From: Octopus vulgaris
Lineage: Eukaryota
Reading direction: 5' to 3'
DNA: 64,000 nt
Assembly (NCBI GenBank): GCA_951406725.2
Contig: OX597837.1
Location: 26,350,001 to 26,414,000 of the forward strand
In this document: piece by piece, positions 37,443 to 53,710 of the stretch
Position numbering within the stretch: the first letter of the stretch is position 1
Layout: each line of letters opens with the position of its first letter
The notes under the pieces: model-generated
Databases searched by the model: none
Told to the model about the DNA's origin: nothing
The model's input: the letters and a program-made list of their open reading frames with translations, nothing else
Translations under genes and position numbers: made by a program

Positions 37443-39380
37443 TCTACTACATATGTGGAAAATCAGTGTGTGTGTTTGTTTGTGGTGCTGTTAGCTAACT
37501 CCTACATCATTTTATTGATTTTCATGAAACTTGACACAAGAGTAGAATTCATATCTGGAAACCTAGTGACATACTTAAATTGTTGAAAAAAAATCGATAA
37601 TACAGCCCCTTGAAGGGATCTTTACATCTACCTCATATAACTAATTTTGTTTAAACACCCAAGGGAAATAACCCATAGCACCTGCACAATATTTTTTAAA
37701 CACCCAAGGGAAATATCCCATAGCACCTGCACAATATTTTTTAAACACTCAAGGGAAATAAACCATAGCACCTGCACTTACAGTTGTTAGTTTTTAGTGA
37801 AGCAATCAATATTTGATTCTCACGATCAGCAGGCCTAATTCTGCATTTCACTACTCACAGATTTCAACTGCTAAACCTTATTATTGCACTTTCTCGATGC
37901 ATGTACACTTTCAATGCCCATAACTGCGATAATTCTGCATTTTTCCAGTTAAAATATTTTGATGACATAATTTTTTAATTCCAGAATGTATTTAATAAGG
38001 GTGTCCCAATACAATGAACTCATACTTTGAATGCTTAAAATTCTTAAAGAACGAAACCAAACTTCCATGCTACATTCAGTTGGGACACCCTGTATCACTT
38101 ATACTTATTTTACAAATCATAATATTTATTGCTTATTTATGGTTCATACAACATTTTTATGAAACTAATTGAGCCTTCAAATTTAGAAATATTTTACAGG
38201 TTTCATTGTTTATGTTCAGTTACTTTGAATATTGATTTTTGCATCCAATTTCTAATTTTTGCAGTCAATATCACTTTTATACTTTATTTGACATGCTAGT
38301 AGAACTCATGTCTGGAAACCTCCTGACATACTTAGATTGTTCAAACAAATTGATAATAGGGCCCCTCCAATGGATCCTTCTATCAACTACATATTACTAA
38401 TATTTTATTTAAACAACCCAAGGGAAATAACCAATACCGCCTACAGTTTTCAGTAAAGCAATCAATATTTAATTCTCGTGATCAGCCAACCTAGTTCTGC
38501 ATTTCACAACTCAGTTTTGAACTGCTAAACATTATTATTGCACTTTCTTGATTTGAATCTTAAACCTTAAAGACTTCATTCATACATTTCTATACATACA
38601 TACTTTTTTGAATGCCCATTACTCCGATAATTCTGCATTTTTACAGTTGCACTTTTTCCATGAGAGTAGATACATTTTTTATTCCATAACATGTATTTGT
38701 AGTGGCTTTGTGCAGGCATAGCATGGATTCGATCATTGATTGTCAAATTTCACTTAAGACTTCAACAGTGCTTTTCTTATGGTAAAACAATAGTTTTTCT
38801 GTGAATGACATCAGTTATACATTTCCAAGATGCTTTCACTAAGCAGAATAATGTCTTTGCCACTTGACCCTTCTAACCTCTTCTAGGACACCAAGGGCTG
38901 GAATGGAGATAACATACCTCCAACGAAATCATTTGTTCTCAACAGTATGTCTACACTTCTGGCTGCTTTTCAACAGTTATAAAAACAAGGACTCCATAAG
39001 CTAAAGGCAGTTACTGAGAGTGACCATCAGTGAGTGTGAACGTTATTATTGCACTTTCTTCATTTCATTCTTAAACATTAAACACTTCATTCATATATGT
39101 ACATACTACATTTATATATTATCTTTAATACAGTAGCCTTCATAAAGTTCACCTTTAAAATGCCATGATGAGTCAGAGTACTTTCTCGCCAACCTCTGAA
39201 AATCTCTCTTGTCAACCTCCAGCAATCTCTCCCTCCTCCAGCTGACAGTTTTTGTACTTTTTCACGACAAAAAATACACCTTTTGTGGCAGTTATAACGA
39301 AATTGCTTTCTGATATCAGAGTAATAAGGCATTTTAATAGAACATCTTTACCCCTGGGAATTACCGGGTACACCAGCTAG
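37443..39380 (+). mobile_element. Non-autonomous Helitron, ~1.94 kb
   Basis: A|TCTACTA start; subterminal CCC..GG-aatta-CCGGG hairpin; CTAG|T end; internal duplication (~37540-37960 vs ~38295-38640); the same microsatellite lies on both flanks. Confidence 0.75.
37998..38092. mobile_element. Tc1/mariner-type mini-MITE nested in the Helitron
   Basis: AGGGTGTCCCAA...TTGGGACACCCTG-TA. Confidence 0.65.
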
Positions 39381-39489
39381 TATATATATAAATACATACA
39401 CATACACACATATATTTATACACACATGCACATATATATCAATACACCCATGCACATATATATAAATACACACATGGACATATATATAA

Positions 39490-39707
39490 CCCTTTAATGT
39501 TCAGATTACTGTTAAAGGTAATACTTTTCCACTCAAATTGTTTTGAATTAATCATGCATTATCTTATAGCTTTGAGGTTTCAATGATGTGATTGTTTATA
39601 TTTAGAATGACATTGTCGGGTAGGTGTGAGAGGCTAGATATTGCCAGTTTGAATATAAAACATGTAGAATATCTGGGCCAGATATGGCCGGTTTAAAAAC
39701 TAAAGAG
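39490..39707. mobile_element. piggyBac-type MITE (copy of 2221-2441)
   Basis: Internal homology; ATAA on both sides. Confidence 0.75.
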
Positions 39708-39759
39708 ATAAATATACACATGGACATATATAAATACACACACAGATATATTTATATAA

Positions 39760-42700
39760 ATACACACATGCACATATATATACATATAAATATACACATG
39801 CACTTATATATACATATAAATATACACATACACTTATATATATATATAAATACACACATGCACTTATATATATATATATAAATACACACATACACTTATA
39901 TATATATATAAATACACACATGCACTATATATATATATATATATAAATACACACATGCACTTATATATATATATATAAATACACACATGCACTTATATAT
40001 ATATATAAATACACACATGCACTTATATATATATATAAATACACACATACACTTATATATATATATAAATACACACATGCACTTATATATATATATATAA
40101 ATACACACATGCACTTATATATATATATAAATACACACATGCACTTATATATATATATAAATACACACATGCACTTATATATATATATATAAATACACAC
40201 ATGCACTTATATATATATATAAATACACACATGCACTTATATATATATATAAATACACACATACACTTATATATATATATATAAATACACACATACACTT
40301 ATATATATATAAATACACACATGCACTTATATATATATATAAATACACACATGCACTTATATATATATATAAATACACACATGCACTTATATATATATAT
40401 ATAAATACACACATGCACTTATATATATATATATAAATACACACATGCACTTATATATATATATAAATACACACATACACTTATATATATATATAAATAC
40501 ACACATACACTTATATATATATAAATACACACATACACTTATATATATATATAAATACACACATGCACTTATATATATATATAAATACACACATGCACTT
40601 ATATATATATATATAAATACACACATGCACTTATATATATATATAAATACACACACGCACTTATATATATATATAAATACACACATGCACTTATATATAT
40701 ATATAAATACACACATGCACTTATATATATATATAAATACACACATGCACTTATATATATATATAAATACACACATGCACTTATATATATATATATAAAT
40801 ACACACATGCACTTATATATATATATATAAATACACACATGCACTTATATATATATATAAATACACACATGCACTTATATATATATATATAAATACACAC
40901 ATGCACTTATATATATATATATAAATACACACATGCACTTATATATATATATATAAATACACACATGCACATATATATATATATATAAATACACACATGC
41001 ACTTATATATATACATATAAATACACACACGCACTTATATATATATATATAAATACACACATGCACTTATATATATATATATAAATACACACACGCACTT
41101 ATATATATATATATAAATACACACATGCACATATATATATATATATAAATACACACATGCACATATATATATATATAAATACACACATGCACTTATATAT
41201 ATATATATAAATACACACATGCACTTATATATATATATATAAATACACACACGCACTTATATATATATATATAAATACACACATGCACTTATATATATAT
41301 ATATAAATACACACATGCACTTATATATATATATATAAATACACACATGCACTTATATATATATATATAAATACACACATGCACTTATATATATATATAA
41401 ATACACACATACACTTATATATATATATATAAATACACACATGAACTTATATATATATATAAATACACACATGCACTTATATATATATATAAATACACAC
41501 ATGCACTTATATATATATATATAAATACACACATGCACTTATATATATATATAAATACACACATGCACTTATATATATATATATAAATACACACATGCAC
41601 TTATATATATATATATAAATACACACATGCACTTATATATATATATATAAATACACACGTACACTTATATATATATATATAAATACACACATACACTTAT
41701 ATATATATATAAATACACACATGCACTTATATATATATATATAAATACACACATGCACTTATATATATATAAATACACACATACACTTATATATATATAT
41801 AAATACACACATGCACTTATATATATATAAATACACACATGCACTTATATATATATATAAATACACACATGCACTTATATATATATATATAAATACACAC
41901 ATGCACTTATATATATATATATAAATACACACATACACTTATATATATATATAAATACACACATGCACTTATATATATATATATAAATACACACATGCAC
42001 TTATATATATATAAATACACACATGCACTATATATATATATATAAATACACACATGCACTTATATATATATAAATACACACATGCACTTATATATATATA
42101 AATACACACATGCACTTATATATATATATATAAATACACACATACACTTATATATATATATATAAATACACACATGCACTTATATATATATATATAAATA
42201 CACACATGCACTTATATATATATAAATACACACATGCACTATATATATATATAAATACACACATGCACTTATATATATATATATAAATACACACATACAC
42301 TTATATATATATATATAAATACACACATGCACTTATATATATATATATAAATACACACATGCACTTATATATATATATATAAATACACACATGCACTTAT
42401 ATATATATAAATACACACATGCACTTATATATATATATATAAATACACACATGCACTTATATATATATAAATACACACATGCACTTATATATATATAAAT
42501 ACACACATGCACTTATATATATATATATAAATACACACATACACTTATATATATATATATAAATACACACATGCACTTATATATATATATATAAATACAC
42601 ACATGCACTTATATATATATATATAAATACACACATGCACTTATATATATATATATAAATACACACATGCACTTATATATATATATATAAATACACACAT

Positions 42701-45700
42701 GCACATATATATATATATATAAATACACACATGCACTTATATATATATATATAAATACACACATGCACTTATATATATATATATAAATACACACATGCAC
42801 TTATATATATATATATAAATACACACATGCACTTATATATATATATATAAATACACACATGCACTTATATATATATAAATACACACATGCACTTATATAT
42901 ATATATATAAATACACACATGCACTTATATATATATATATAAATACACACATACACTTATATATATATATAAATACACACATGCACTTATATATATATAT
43001 ATAAATACACACATACACTTATATATATATATATAAATACACACATGCACTTATATATATATAAATACACACATGCACTTATATATATATATATAAATAC
43101 ACACATGCACTTATATATATATATAAATACACACATGCACTTATATATATATATAAATACACACATGCACTTATATATATATATATAAATACACACATAC
43201 ACTTATATATATATATAAATACACACATGCACTTATATATATATATAAATACACACATACACTTATATATATATATAAATACACACATGCACTATATATA
43301 TATATATAAATACACACATGCACTTATATATATATATAAATACACACATACACTTATATATATATATAAATACACACATGCACTTATATATATATATAAA
43401 TACACACATGCACTTATATATATATATAAATACACACATGCACTTATATATATATATAAATACACACATACACTTATATATATATATAAATACACACATG
43501 CACTTATATATATATATAAATACACACATGCACTTATATATATATATAAATACACACATGCACTATATATATATATATAAATACACACATGCACTTATAT
43601 ATATATATAAATACACACATGCACTTATATATATATATAAATACACATGCACTTATATATATATATAAATACACATGCACTTATATATATATATAAATAC
43701 ACACATGCACTTATATATATATATAAATACACACATACACTTATATATATATATAAATACACACATGCACTTATATATATATATAAATACACACATACAC
43801 TTATATATATATATAAATACACACATACACTTATATATATATATAAATACACACATGCACTTATATATATATATATAAATACACACATGCACTTATATAT
43901 ATATATAAATACACACATGCACTTATATATATATATAAATACACACATGCACTTATATATATATATATAAATACACACATACACTTATATATATATATAA
44001 ATACACACATGCACTTATATATATATATAAATACACACATGCACTTATATATATATATAAATACACACATGCACTTATATATATATATAAATACACACAT
44101 GCACTTATATATATATATATAAATACACACATGCACTTTATATATATATAAATACACACATGCACTTATATATATATATATAAATACACACATACACTTA
44201 TATATATATATATAAATACACACATGCACTTATATATATATAAATACACACATGCACTTATATATATATATAAATACACACATGCACTTATATATATATA
44301 TATAAATACACACATGCACTTATATATATATAAATACACACATGCACTTATATATATATAAATACACACATGCACTTATATATATATATAAATACACACA
44401 TGCACTTATATATATATATAAATACACACATGCACTTATATATATATATATAAATACACACATGCACATATATATATATATAAATACACACATGCACTTA
44501 TATATATATATAAATACACACATGCACTTATATATATATAAATACACACATGCACTTATATATATATAAATACACACATGCACTTATATATATATATATA
44601 AATACACACATGCACTTATATATATATATAAATACACACATGCACATATATATATATAAATACACACATGCACTTATATATATATAAATACACACATGCA
44701 CTTATATATATATATATAAATACACACATGCACTTATATATATATATATAAATACACACATGCACTTATATATATATAAATACACACATGCACTTATATA
44801 TATATATATAAATACACACATGCACTTATATATATATAAATACACACATGCACTTATATATATATATAAATACACACATGCACTTATATATATATATATA
44901 AATACACACATGCACTTATATATATATATATAAATACACACATGCACTTATATATATATAAATACACACATGCACTTATATATATATATATAAATACACA
45001 CATGCACTTATATATATATATATAAATACACACATGCACTTATATATATATAAATACACACATGCACTTATATATATATATATAAATACACACATGCACT
45101 TATATATATATAAATACACACATGCACTTATATATATATATAAATACACACATGCACTTATATATATATATATAAATACACACATGCACTTATATATATA
45201 TAAATACACACATGCACTTATATATATATAAATACACACATGCACTTATATATATATATATAAATACACACATGCACTTATATATATATATATAAATACA
45301 CACATGCACTTATATATATATATATAAATACACACATGCACTTATATATATATAAATACACACATGCACTTATATATATATATATAAATACACACATGCA
45401 CTTATATATATATAAATACACACATGCACTTATATATATATAAATACACACATGCACTTATATATATATATATAAATACACACATGCACTTATATATATA
45501 TATAAATACACACATGCACTTATATATATATAAATACACACATGCACTTATATATATATATATAAATACACACATGCACTTATATATATATATATAAATA
45601 CACACATGCACTTATATATATATATATAAATACACACATGCACTTATATATATATAAATACACACATGCACTTATATATATATAAATACACACATGCACT

Positions 45701-47175
45701 TATATATATATATATAAATACACACATGCACTTATATATATATAAATACACACATGCACTTATATATATATATATAAATACACACATGCACTTATATATA
45801 TATATATAAATACACACATGCACTTATATATATATATAAATACACACATGCACTTATATATATATAAATACACACATGCACTTATATATATATATAAATA
45901 CACACATGCACTTATATATATATATATAAATACACACATGCACTTATATATATATATATAAATACACACATGCACTTATATATATATATATAAATACACA
46001 CATGCACTTATATATATATATATAAATACACACATGCACTTATATATATATATATAAATACACACATGCACTTATATATATATATATAAATACACACATG
46101 CACTTATATATATATAAATACACACATGCACTTATATATATATAAATACACACATGCACTTATATATATATATATAAATACACACATGCACTTATATATA
46201 TATATATAAATACACACATGCACTTATATATATATATATAAATACACACATGCACTTATATATATATATATAAATACACACATGCACTTATATATATATA
46301 TATAAATACACACATGCACTTATATATATATATATATAAATACACACATGCACTTATATATATATATAAATACACACATACACTTATATATATATATAAA
46401 TACACACATGCACTTATATATATATATATAAATACACACATGCACTTATATATATATATATAAATACACACATGCACTTATATATATATATATAAATACA
46501 CACATGCACTTATATATATATATATAAATACACACATGCACTTATATATATATATAAATACACACATACACTTATATATATATATAAATACACACATGCA
46601 CTTATATATATATATAAATACACACATGCACTTATATATATATATATAAATACACACATGCACTTATATATATATATATAAATACACACATGCACTTATA
46701 TATATATATATAAATACACACATGCACTTATATATATATATAAATACACACATACACTTATATATATATATATAAATACACACATACACTTATATATATA
46801 TATAAATACACACATGCACTTATATATATATATAAATACACACATGCACTTATATATATATATAAATATACACATGCACTTATATATATATATAAATATA
46901 CACATGCACTTATATATATATATATAAATACACACATACACTTATATATATATATAAATACACACATGCACTTATATATATATATATAAATACACACATG
47001 CACTTATATATATATATAAATACACACATGCACTTATATATATATATATAAATACACACATGCACTTATATATATATATAAATACACACATGCACTTATA
47101 TATATATATAAATACACACATGCACTTATATATATATATATAAATACACACATGCACTTATATATATATAAATAC
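39760..47175. repeat. ~7.4-kb minisatellite array, unit AAATACACACATGCACTT(AT)n, 28-34 bp
   Basis: Directly visible; roughly 240 units estimated from length divided by unit size. Confidence 0.98.
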
Positions 47176-48094
47176 ATACATGCACATGTGCACACACACA
47201 GACAGACACACACACACACACACAGATATATATAATTAAAACAAAAGGTTAGTTTTATTGTTAAAAAGAAATCCTTTGATGAGAATTCATAATTAAACCG
47301 CACCCCCTCCTCAGTCTAAATAATTCCTGAACCTCATTAAAAAAGATTTTTTTGTTTTTTATTTTTTCTCAATAACGAATTTATTTCATCTTTGTTTTCT
47401 ATTTTTGCCGAGTTAAAAATAAAAACTCGAAACCTTGCTTCACGTTTCTGTATTACTGCTACACCATCGTCGCTATGTCTGCTAGAGTATGGATTACTAA
47501 AATACTTTCAATAACCTTTTACTACATATATAATTATTAATTTGGCTTAATTGTCTTGCTAATGAGTTTTACATGTAGAATTATTAATCTGTTTCCCAAT
47601 TTAACACCACCAATTGGCATTTAGGGTACCTTTTGAAGAATCCATTCTGTGGCAAGAATCCTGGTCCAAATCTATCTCAATATCTTCAGTTTCTCCAATT
47701 TTTTAAGGTTTATCGCCAGCCCCTCTCTGACCTCCTACAAAGGTCATGAGGTTGACCTTCCTTCTCTAAAAGGGTTATGAATGCCGACCTTTCTTTCCTT
47801 AAGCTGTAACAGAGGTGGTGAGGAGAACTATACTGAAAGATTCTGGTAGTTGGTGAGAGAGAGAGAGAGTAAAAGAGTTATACACAAGGACTGCTTCCCT
47901 TACTTGATGTAGCCCTGCAGCTGATGATGATGATGATGATGCAAACATCCTGGCCTGCCTATCCAGAAAGGACCATCCAGTTGATTGGTAAAGTCTGATG
48001 CAGCCAAAAGTCACTCACCAAAACATTTGACATTTTTATACTATGTTGTTATTATCATCATCAATTATTATGACCATCATCATCCTCATTATTA

Positions 48095-48558
48095 TCTATA
48101 ATACATTAAAAATGAAGTTCAATCTTGCTTGCCTGCTTGCAATGTTACACAGCCAAACTCACGCATAATGGGAAAACACTTTCAAAGTAAAGTGCCCCTG
48201 AAAAGTGAATACAAACGGAAACAAGTTTCATGCAAATCAGACCAGTGGTTATTGAAATATTCAGGGTTTTGGGGTATAAATACCCAAAATGGAGCATAAT
48301 GGGAAAATACTCCAAAAATAACTTACTCTGAAAGGGAAGAAACTCTAACCTTTCCGAATGTGTCTAAGTAAATATGACTTTAAAAATATGGTAAATATTT
48401 CATAAAAGTCCCATTCATAATCTTGGTGTGAAAGTTTTTTTCCCATAGGTTTCTTTCAAGTGCATTCAACGTACCTCACTGCCAAAGATTTGGTTGCTAT
48501 TTCTAGCATGCCCTGCTACCATATGACAACCCCTAACTTCCATGAATTAGCAAGCTAG
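48095..48558 (+). mobile_element. Possible decayed Helitron
   Basis: A|TCTATAATA start and GCTAG|T end; terminal hairpin is poor. Confidence 0.4.
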
Positions 48559-48882
48559 TTCCCCCCCACCACCACTGCACACCCACCCACATATACCCAG
48601 CCAAAGCACCCACCTCTTTTCCTCCCACCATCCCTACTGAAGTACTTGAAACAAAGGCAGTGAATGTCAACAGGAATATAGAGACAAAGGGGGTTAAATA
48701 TTTGCAAAAGAGTTCACCCAGTTAAAAGACACAAAAAATGAGAATTACATTAAACAGGGTGTCATGTTAACCCTACCACCAAAAAGTCCCCAAGGATTAG
48801 TAAACCTGACATGTGAGACCTGTTACAAACCTTCCCCTCTCCCTCCCTATCATAGACTACCACAAAGTTTACCAATTCACAT

Positions 48883-49712
48883 AGGCACAAGTGTGACTGG
48901 GTGGTAAGAAGCTTGCTTACCAACAAACATGGTTCTGGGTTCAGTCCCACTGCATGACGAGAGAGAGTTGAGAGAGAGAGGAGAGACAGAACAGAGAGGA
49001 TTAGAGAGAGGGGAGAAAGAGATTAGAGAGAGGGGAGAAAGAGATGAGAGAGAGGGGAGACAGAGATGAGAAAGGGGTGTGAGAGGGAAGGGTGTGAGAG
49101 AGAGGGGTGAGAGAAAGAGGTGTGAGAGGGAAAAGTTTGAGAGAAGGGTGTGAGAGGGAAAAGTTTGAGAGAAGGGTGTGAGAGAGAGGGGTGAGAAAGG
49201 GGTGTGAGAGGGAAGGGTGTGAGAGAGAGGGGTGAGAAAGGGATGTGAGAGGGAAGGGTGTGAGAGAAGGGTGTGAGAGAAGGGTGTGAGAGAGAGGGGT
49301 GACAAAAGGATGTGAGAGGGAAGGGTGTGAGAGAGAGGGGTGAGAAAGGGATGTGAGAGGGAAGGGTGTGAGAGAAGGGTGTGAGAGAGAGGGGTGAGAG
49401 AGAAGGCAAGTGTCTTTGGTAGACTGAAGCTGAAAGAAGCCCATCATATATATATTTATATATATATCAATGTGTGTGTGTGTGTGTGTGTTTCTGTCTA
49501 TGTCTATACTTTGACAACTGGTGTTGGTGTGTTTATGTCCCCATAAATTAGTGGTTCAGCAAAAAAGTTTGATAGAATAAGTACCAGGCTTTAAAAAAAA
49601 AGAGAAAAACAGTACAGGGGTTGATTAATTCAAATAAGGTTCTTCAAGGCAGTGTGCCCCAGCATGGCCGCAGTCTAATGAATGAAACAAATAAGAGATA
49701 AAAGACAAAAGA
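48883..49712 (+). mobile_element. SINE family A split by a GA-rich minisatellite (~48958-49405)
   Basis: The head ends at CCCACTGC and the SINE resumes at GGCAAGTGTCTT. Confidence 0.8.
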
Positions 49713-49849
49713 ATGCAATTAAAGAACATGGCTAATCTTAGAATGACTTAGCGATGTTATTTTCTAGGATGTTAGGATGTGAGGGTGGTTTGGCTGCTTT
49801 GTATAGTAGCTCAAGCAACTGCATAAAGGTTCTCCATTCTGTGCGTGTG

Positions 49850-50042
49850 AGAAAGAGGGAGAAGGGGAGGGAGAGGGGAATGGGAGATGGGAGAGATGGG
49901 AGACTGGAGAGAGGGGTGGGAGACTGGAGAGAGAGATGGGAGACGGGAGAGAGGGATGGGAGACAGGAGAGATGGGAGAGAGAGATGAGAGAGAGAGAGA
50001 TGAAAGAGATGAGAGAGAGAGAGAGAGATGAAAGAGATGAGA

Positions 50043-50073
<31 letters not shown>

Positions 50074-50192
50074 TGAGAGAGAGAGAGATGAGAGAGAGAG
50101 ATGGGAGATAGAGATGGGAGAAAGAGATAGGAGAGAAATGAGAGAGAGAGAAGTGAGTGAGAGAGAGACGTGAGTGAGAGAGAGAGGTGAGT

Positions 50193-50226
<34 letters not shown>

Positions 50227-50440
50227 GTGAGCGAGAGAGAGGTGAGCGAGAGAGAGGTGAGCGAGAGAGAGGTGAGCGAGAGAGAGGTGAGTGAGAGAGA
50301 GAGAGGTGAGTGAGAGAGAGAGAGGTGAGCGAGAGAGAGGTGAGTGAAAGAGGTAAGAGATAGAGGAATGAGTAGGGAGGGAGATGAGAGACAGAGAGAG
50401 GGAGAGAAAAGGAGGGAGAGAGAGAGAAGAGAAAGAAAGG
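49850..50440. repeat. Polypurine (GA)-rich tract
   Basis: Directly visible. Confidence 0.9.
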
Positions 50441-50913
50441 ATGATTTTAACAATACGATTTTCTTCAGACTTGGTGCCAAATCCAGTATTAACACATTCG
50501 AAGACAATAAAATCTCAAAAGTTCTTTAGAAAACAAGGATTCCTTCAGGGAAGTTGTTCCTCTTATTTGTAGTTGGAATGGAATATTTCAAGCACTGCAT
50601 GTTAAGTAGTAGATAATAAATTCCTTTGGGTAGTTTTACCGAAATAGGAACTCAAAAGCTGCTGCCAACAAACAATGTATGTTAACATCACAGGAAATAT
50701 CCATTTTTTTTTTTTTGTGCTTTTGCTTTTAAATAAAGATTGTTTTGTTAAGAATTCCATGATTGGCAAATTGATATTTTAATATTTTCTATATTTTGCA
50801 TCCTTCCATTGACAATTAGTGTTAACGAAACAATTATCTAAGAAAAATAACAATTTCATAATTTTCACACATCAAGAAATCATCATCATCATCATCACCA
50901 TTACCACCATTGT

Positions 50914-51228
50914 GTGGAGGCACATGGCCTAGTGGTTAGAGCAGCTGACTCACGGTCGAGGGATCGCGGGTTCGAATCTCAGACCAGGTGATGTGTGTGT
51001 TTATGAGCGAAACACTTAAGCTCCACGCAGCTCCGGCAGAAGGTAATAACAAACTTCTGCTGACTCTTTCGCCACAACTTTCTCTCACTCTTTCCTCCTG
51101 CATCTTGCAGCTCACCTGCGACATACCGCTGCCCCATCCAGGTGGGGAACCTATACGCTAAAGAAACCAGGAAACCGGCCCTTATAAGGCAGGCGTAGCT
51201 CGAGAAGGAACAAACAACAACAACAAGC
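50914..51228 (+). mobile_element. SINE family D variant
   Basis: TGGCCTAGTGG A box, GGTTCGAATC B box, (CAA)n tail. Confidence 0.85.
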
Positions 51229-51479
51229 ACCATTGTCCTTATCATCACCATCACCAGCCCCATTCTTACCATGACCATTACCACCGTCATCACCAACACT
51301 ATCACCATGGAAACTATCAGTAGACAATCCTGTTTCTTTTACTGATTTCAGTTCTTGAGAGTGTGGCCATGCTGGAGTATCATGTTTCGATGGCACAAAA
51401 CCAAGTTCTTATTTGATCAACCTCAGAGGCAAAACTGACCTCGGCAGGATTTGAACTCGAAATTTGACCATTGGTTGAT

Positions 51480-51730
51480 GGTAAGAAAAGCTCTACCTGC
51501 GACGATTTCATCTCAATCGAAGGAGAGGAGCTTTCTCCGTCCGGGTTGCGGATCCGTGGAACAAGCTGCCAGACGAGATGGTGAAGATGCCGACGACCGC
51601 TTTGTTCAAAGCCTCCCTTGACCTCAAGTGGCCTGAACTCTTTACATGAACACCACCCTGTACTTAACTCCATGTCCCCCTACATGGCCTTGCTATTTGC
51701 TTTTGAGCCAAATTAACTAACTAACTAACA
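51480..51730 (+). pseudogene. CR1-like LINE 3' end with (CTAA)n tail
   Basis: KKLYLRRFHLNRRRGAFSVRVADPWNKLPDEMVKMPTTALFKASLD matches the CR1 C-terminal pattern. Confidence 0.85.
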
Positions 51731-51794
51731 TATCAGGAGAGAGTTCTAAGGAATTGTTGTAACAGCAGGAAGGAACTTTCAGGAAAGACAATAA

Positions 51795-52130
51795 GGTGCA
51801 GGTGTGGCTGTGTAGGTGACAAGTTGGCAGAAACGTTAGCACAACGGACGAAACGCTTAGCAGTATTTCGTCTTGTCTTTACGTTCTGAGTTCAAATTCC
51901 GCTGAGGTCGACTTTGCCTTTCATCCTTTCGGGGTTGATAAATTAAGTACCAGTTACGCACTGGGGTCGATGTAATCGACTTAATCCCTCTGTCTGTCCT
52001 TGTTTGTCCCCTCTATGTTTAGCCCCTTGTGAGCAATACAGAAATAAGAAGCTAGCTTCCCAACCACATGGTTCTGGGTTCAGTCCCATTGTGTGGCCCC
52101 TTGGGCAAGTGTCTACTATAACCTCGGGTA
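51795..52130 (+). mobile_element. SINE C (~51814-52048) nested in a SINE A head
   Basis: The A-family head is split between GTGGCTGTGT and AAGAAGCTAGCTTCCCAACC. Confidence 0.8.
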
Positions 52131-52328
52131 AAGTCAACCCTGGTGTAATTTAAACATAGAGCTTAAGGACAGACAAAATGCTGCTAAGTACTTTTCTGGT
52201 GTACAAATGGTTCTGCTGGCTCATGGGCTTAGATGTATGGGACATTTCGATTAGAACACCTTTGCTTTTAGATCTGTTCAAACAGGCAAGACCCGGGGTT
52301 AAACCACAACAAAATACCATTTGGACAC

Positions 52329-52744
52329 TTACTCTTTTACTTGCTTCAGTCATTTGACTGCGGCCATGCCTTTAATCGAGCAACTCGACCCCGGGACTTA
52401 TTCTTTGGAAGCCCAGTACTTATTCTATCAGTCCCTTTTGCCGAAGCGCTAAGTAACGGGGACATAAACACACCAGCATCGGTTGTCAAGCAATGCTAGG
52501 GGGACAAACACAGACACACAAACACACACACACGCATATATATATATATATATATATATACATACACACATATATATACATATATACGACGGGCTTCTTT
52601 CAGTTTCCGTCTACCAAATCCACTCACAAGGCTTTGGTTGACTCGAGGCTATAGTAGAAGACACTTGCCCAAGGTGCCACACAGTGGGACTGAACCCGGA
52701 ACCATGTGGTTGGTAAACAAGCTACTTACCACACAGCCACTCCT
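52329..52744 (-). mobile_element. SINE family A
   Basis: Full-length homology. Confidence 0.9.
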
Positions 52745-52939
52745 ACATACAGAAAAGATATGAAAGCAAGAGCAAAAACAAAAAAAGGGTGACATTAGAT
52801 ATTATTTATATATTGGTTTAGGAATATAAAATAGTGTGACACAAGTATAGTTAATTAATAAATCAGCTGTCTGAAGTACTTCGTTAATTCTAAACCAATT
52901 GAACCGAAAAAATAAAATAAATAAAAATTTAAAAAAACA

Positions 52940-53335
52940 GGCACAGAAGTGGCTGTGTGGTAAGTAGTTTGCTAACCAGCCACATGGTTCCGGGTTCAGT
53001 CCCACTGCGTGGCATCTTGGGCAAGTGTCTTCTGCTATAGCCCCGGGCCGACCAATGCCTTGTGAGTGGATTTGGTAGACGGAAACTGAAAGAAGCCCGT
53101 CGTATATATGTATATATATATATGTGTGTGTGTGTGTGTTTGTGTGTCTGTCCCCCTAGCATTGCTTGACAACCAATGCTGGTGTGTTTACGTCCCCGTG
53201 ACTTAGTGGTTCGGTAAAAGAGACCGATAGAATAAGTCCTGGGGTCGATTTGCTCGACTAAAGGCGGTGCTCCAGCATGGCTGCAGTCAAATGACTGAAA
53301 AGAGTAAAAGAGTAAAAAGAGTAAAGAGTGAAAAG
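52940..53335 (+). mobile_element. SINE family A
   Basis: Full-length homology; inverted to the previous copy. Confidence 0.9.
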
Positions 53336-53710
53336 ACAAGAAAAGTATGAAAGAGATTTAAAATACGATCTTGATGTAAATTAAGTTTTTTTTTTTTTGT
53401 TTTTCTTCTTTTATGACTTTTAAATTGCTAGGGCTCTGTGTGTTATGAAAATAGTTAATGACATACATCTTAAGTGAAATTTAATTAGATTTTTGTGCAG
53501 ACTTGTAATGGAGTGATGTAGATGTTTGTTGACTAAATTAGGCTTGGTTAAAGTTTCAAAACCAAGCATGCAAAGAAATGAATTGGGCTGTAGCAGCCTT
53601 CATTCATCTCCCACCACTATATGTATATACATTTGTATTTGTGTATACACATACATGAGCATGCACACATATATAAGCAAATGTATATATGTAAATGTGT
53701 ATGTATATAT

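Noticed and set aside
39684-47303. Many YIYI/CVCV ORFs here and in other CA/TA tracts
   Set aside because: Translations of simple repeats.
47590-47730. Possible RLE LINE C-terminus on the minus strand
   Set aside because: Resemblance too weak to call without a search.
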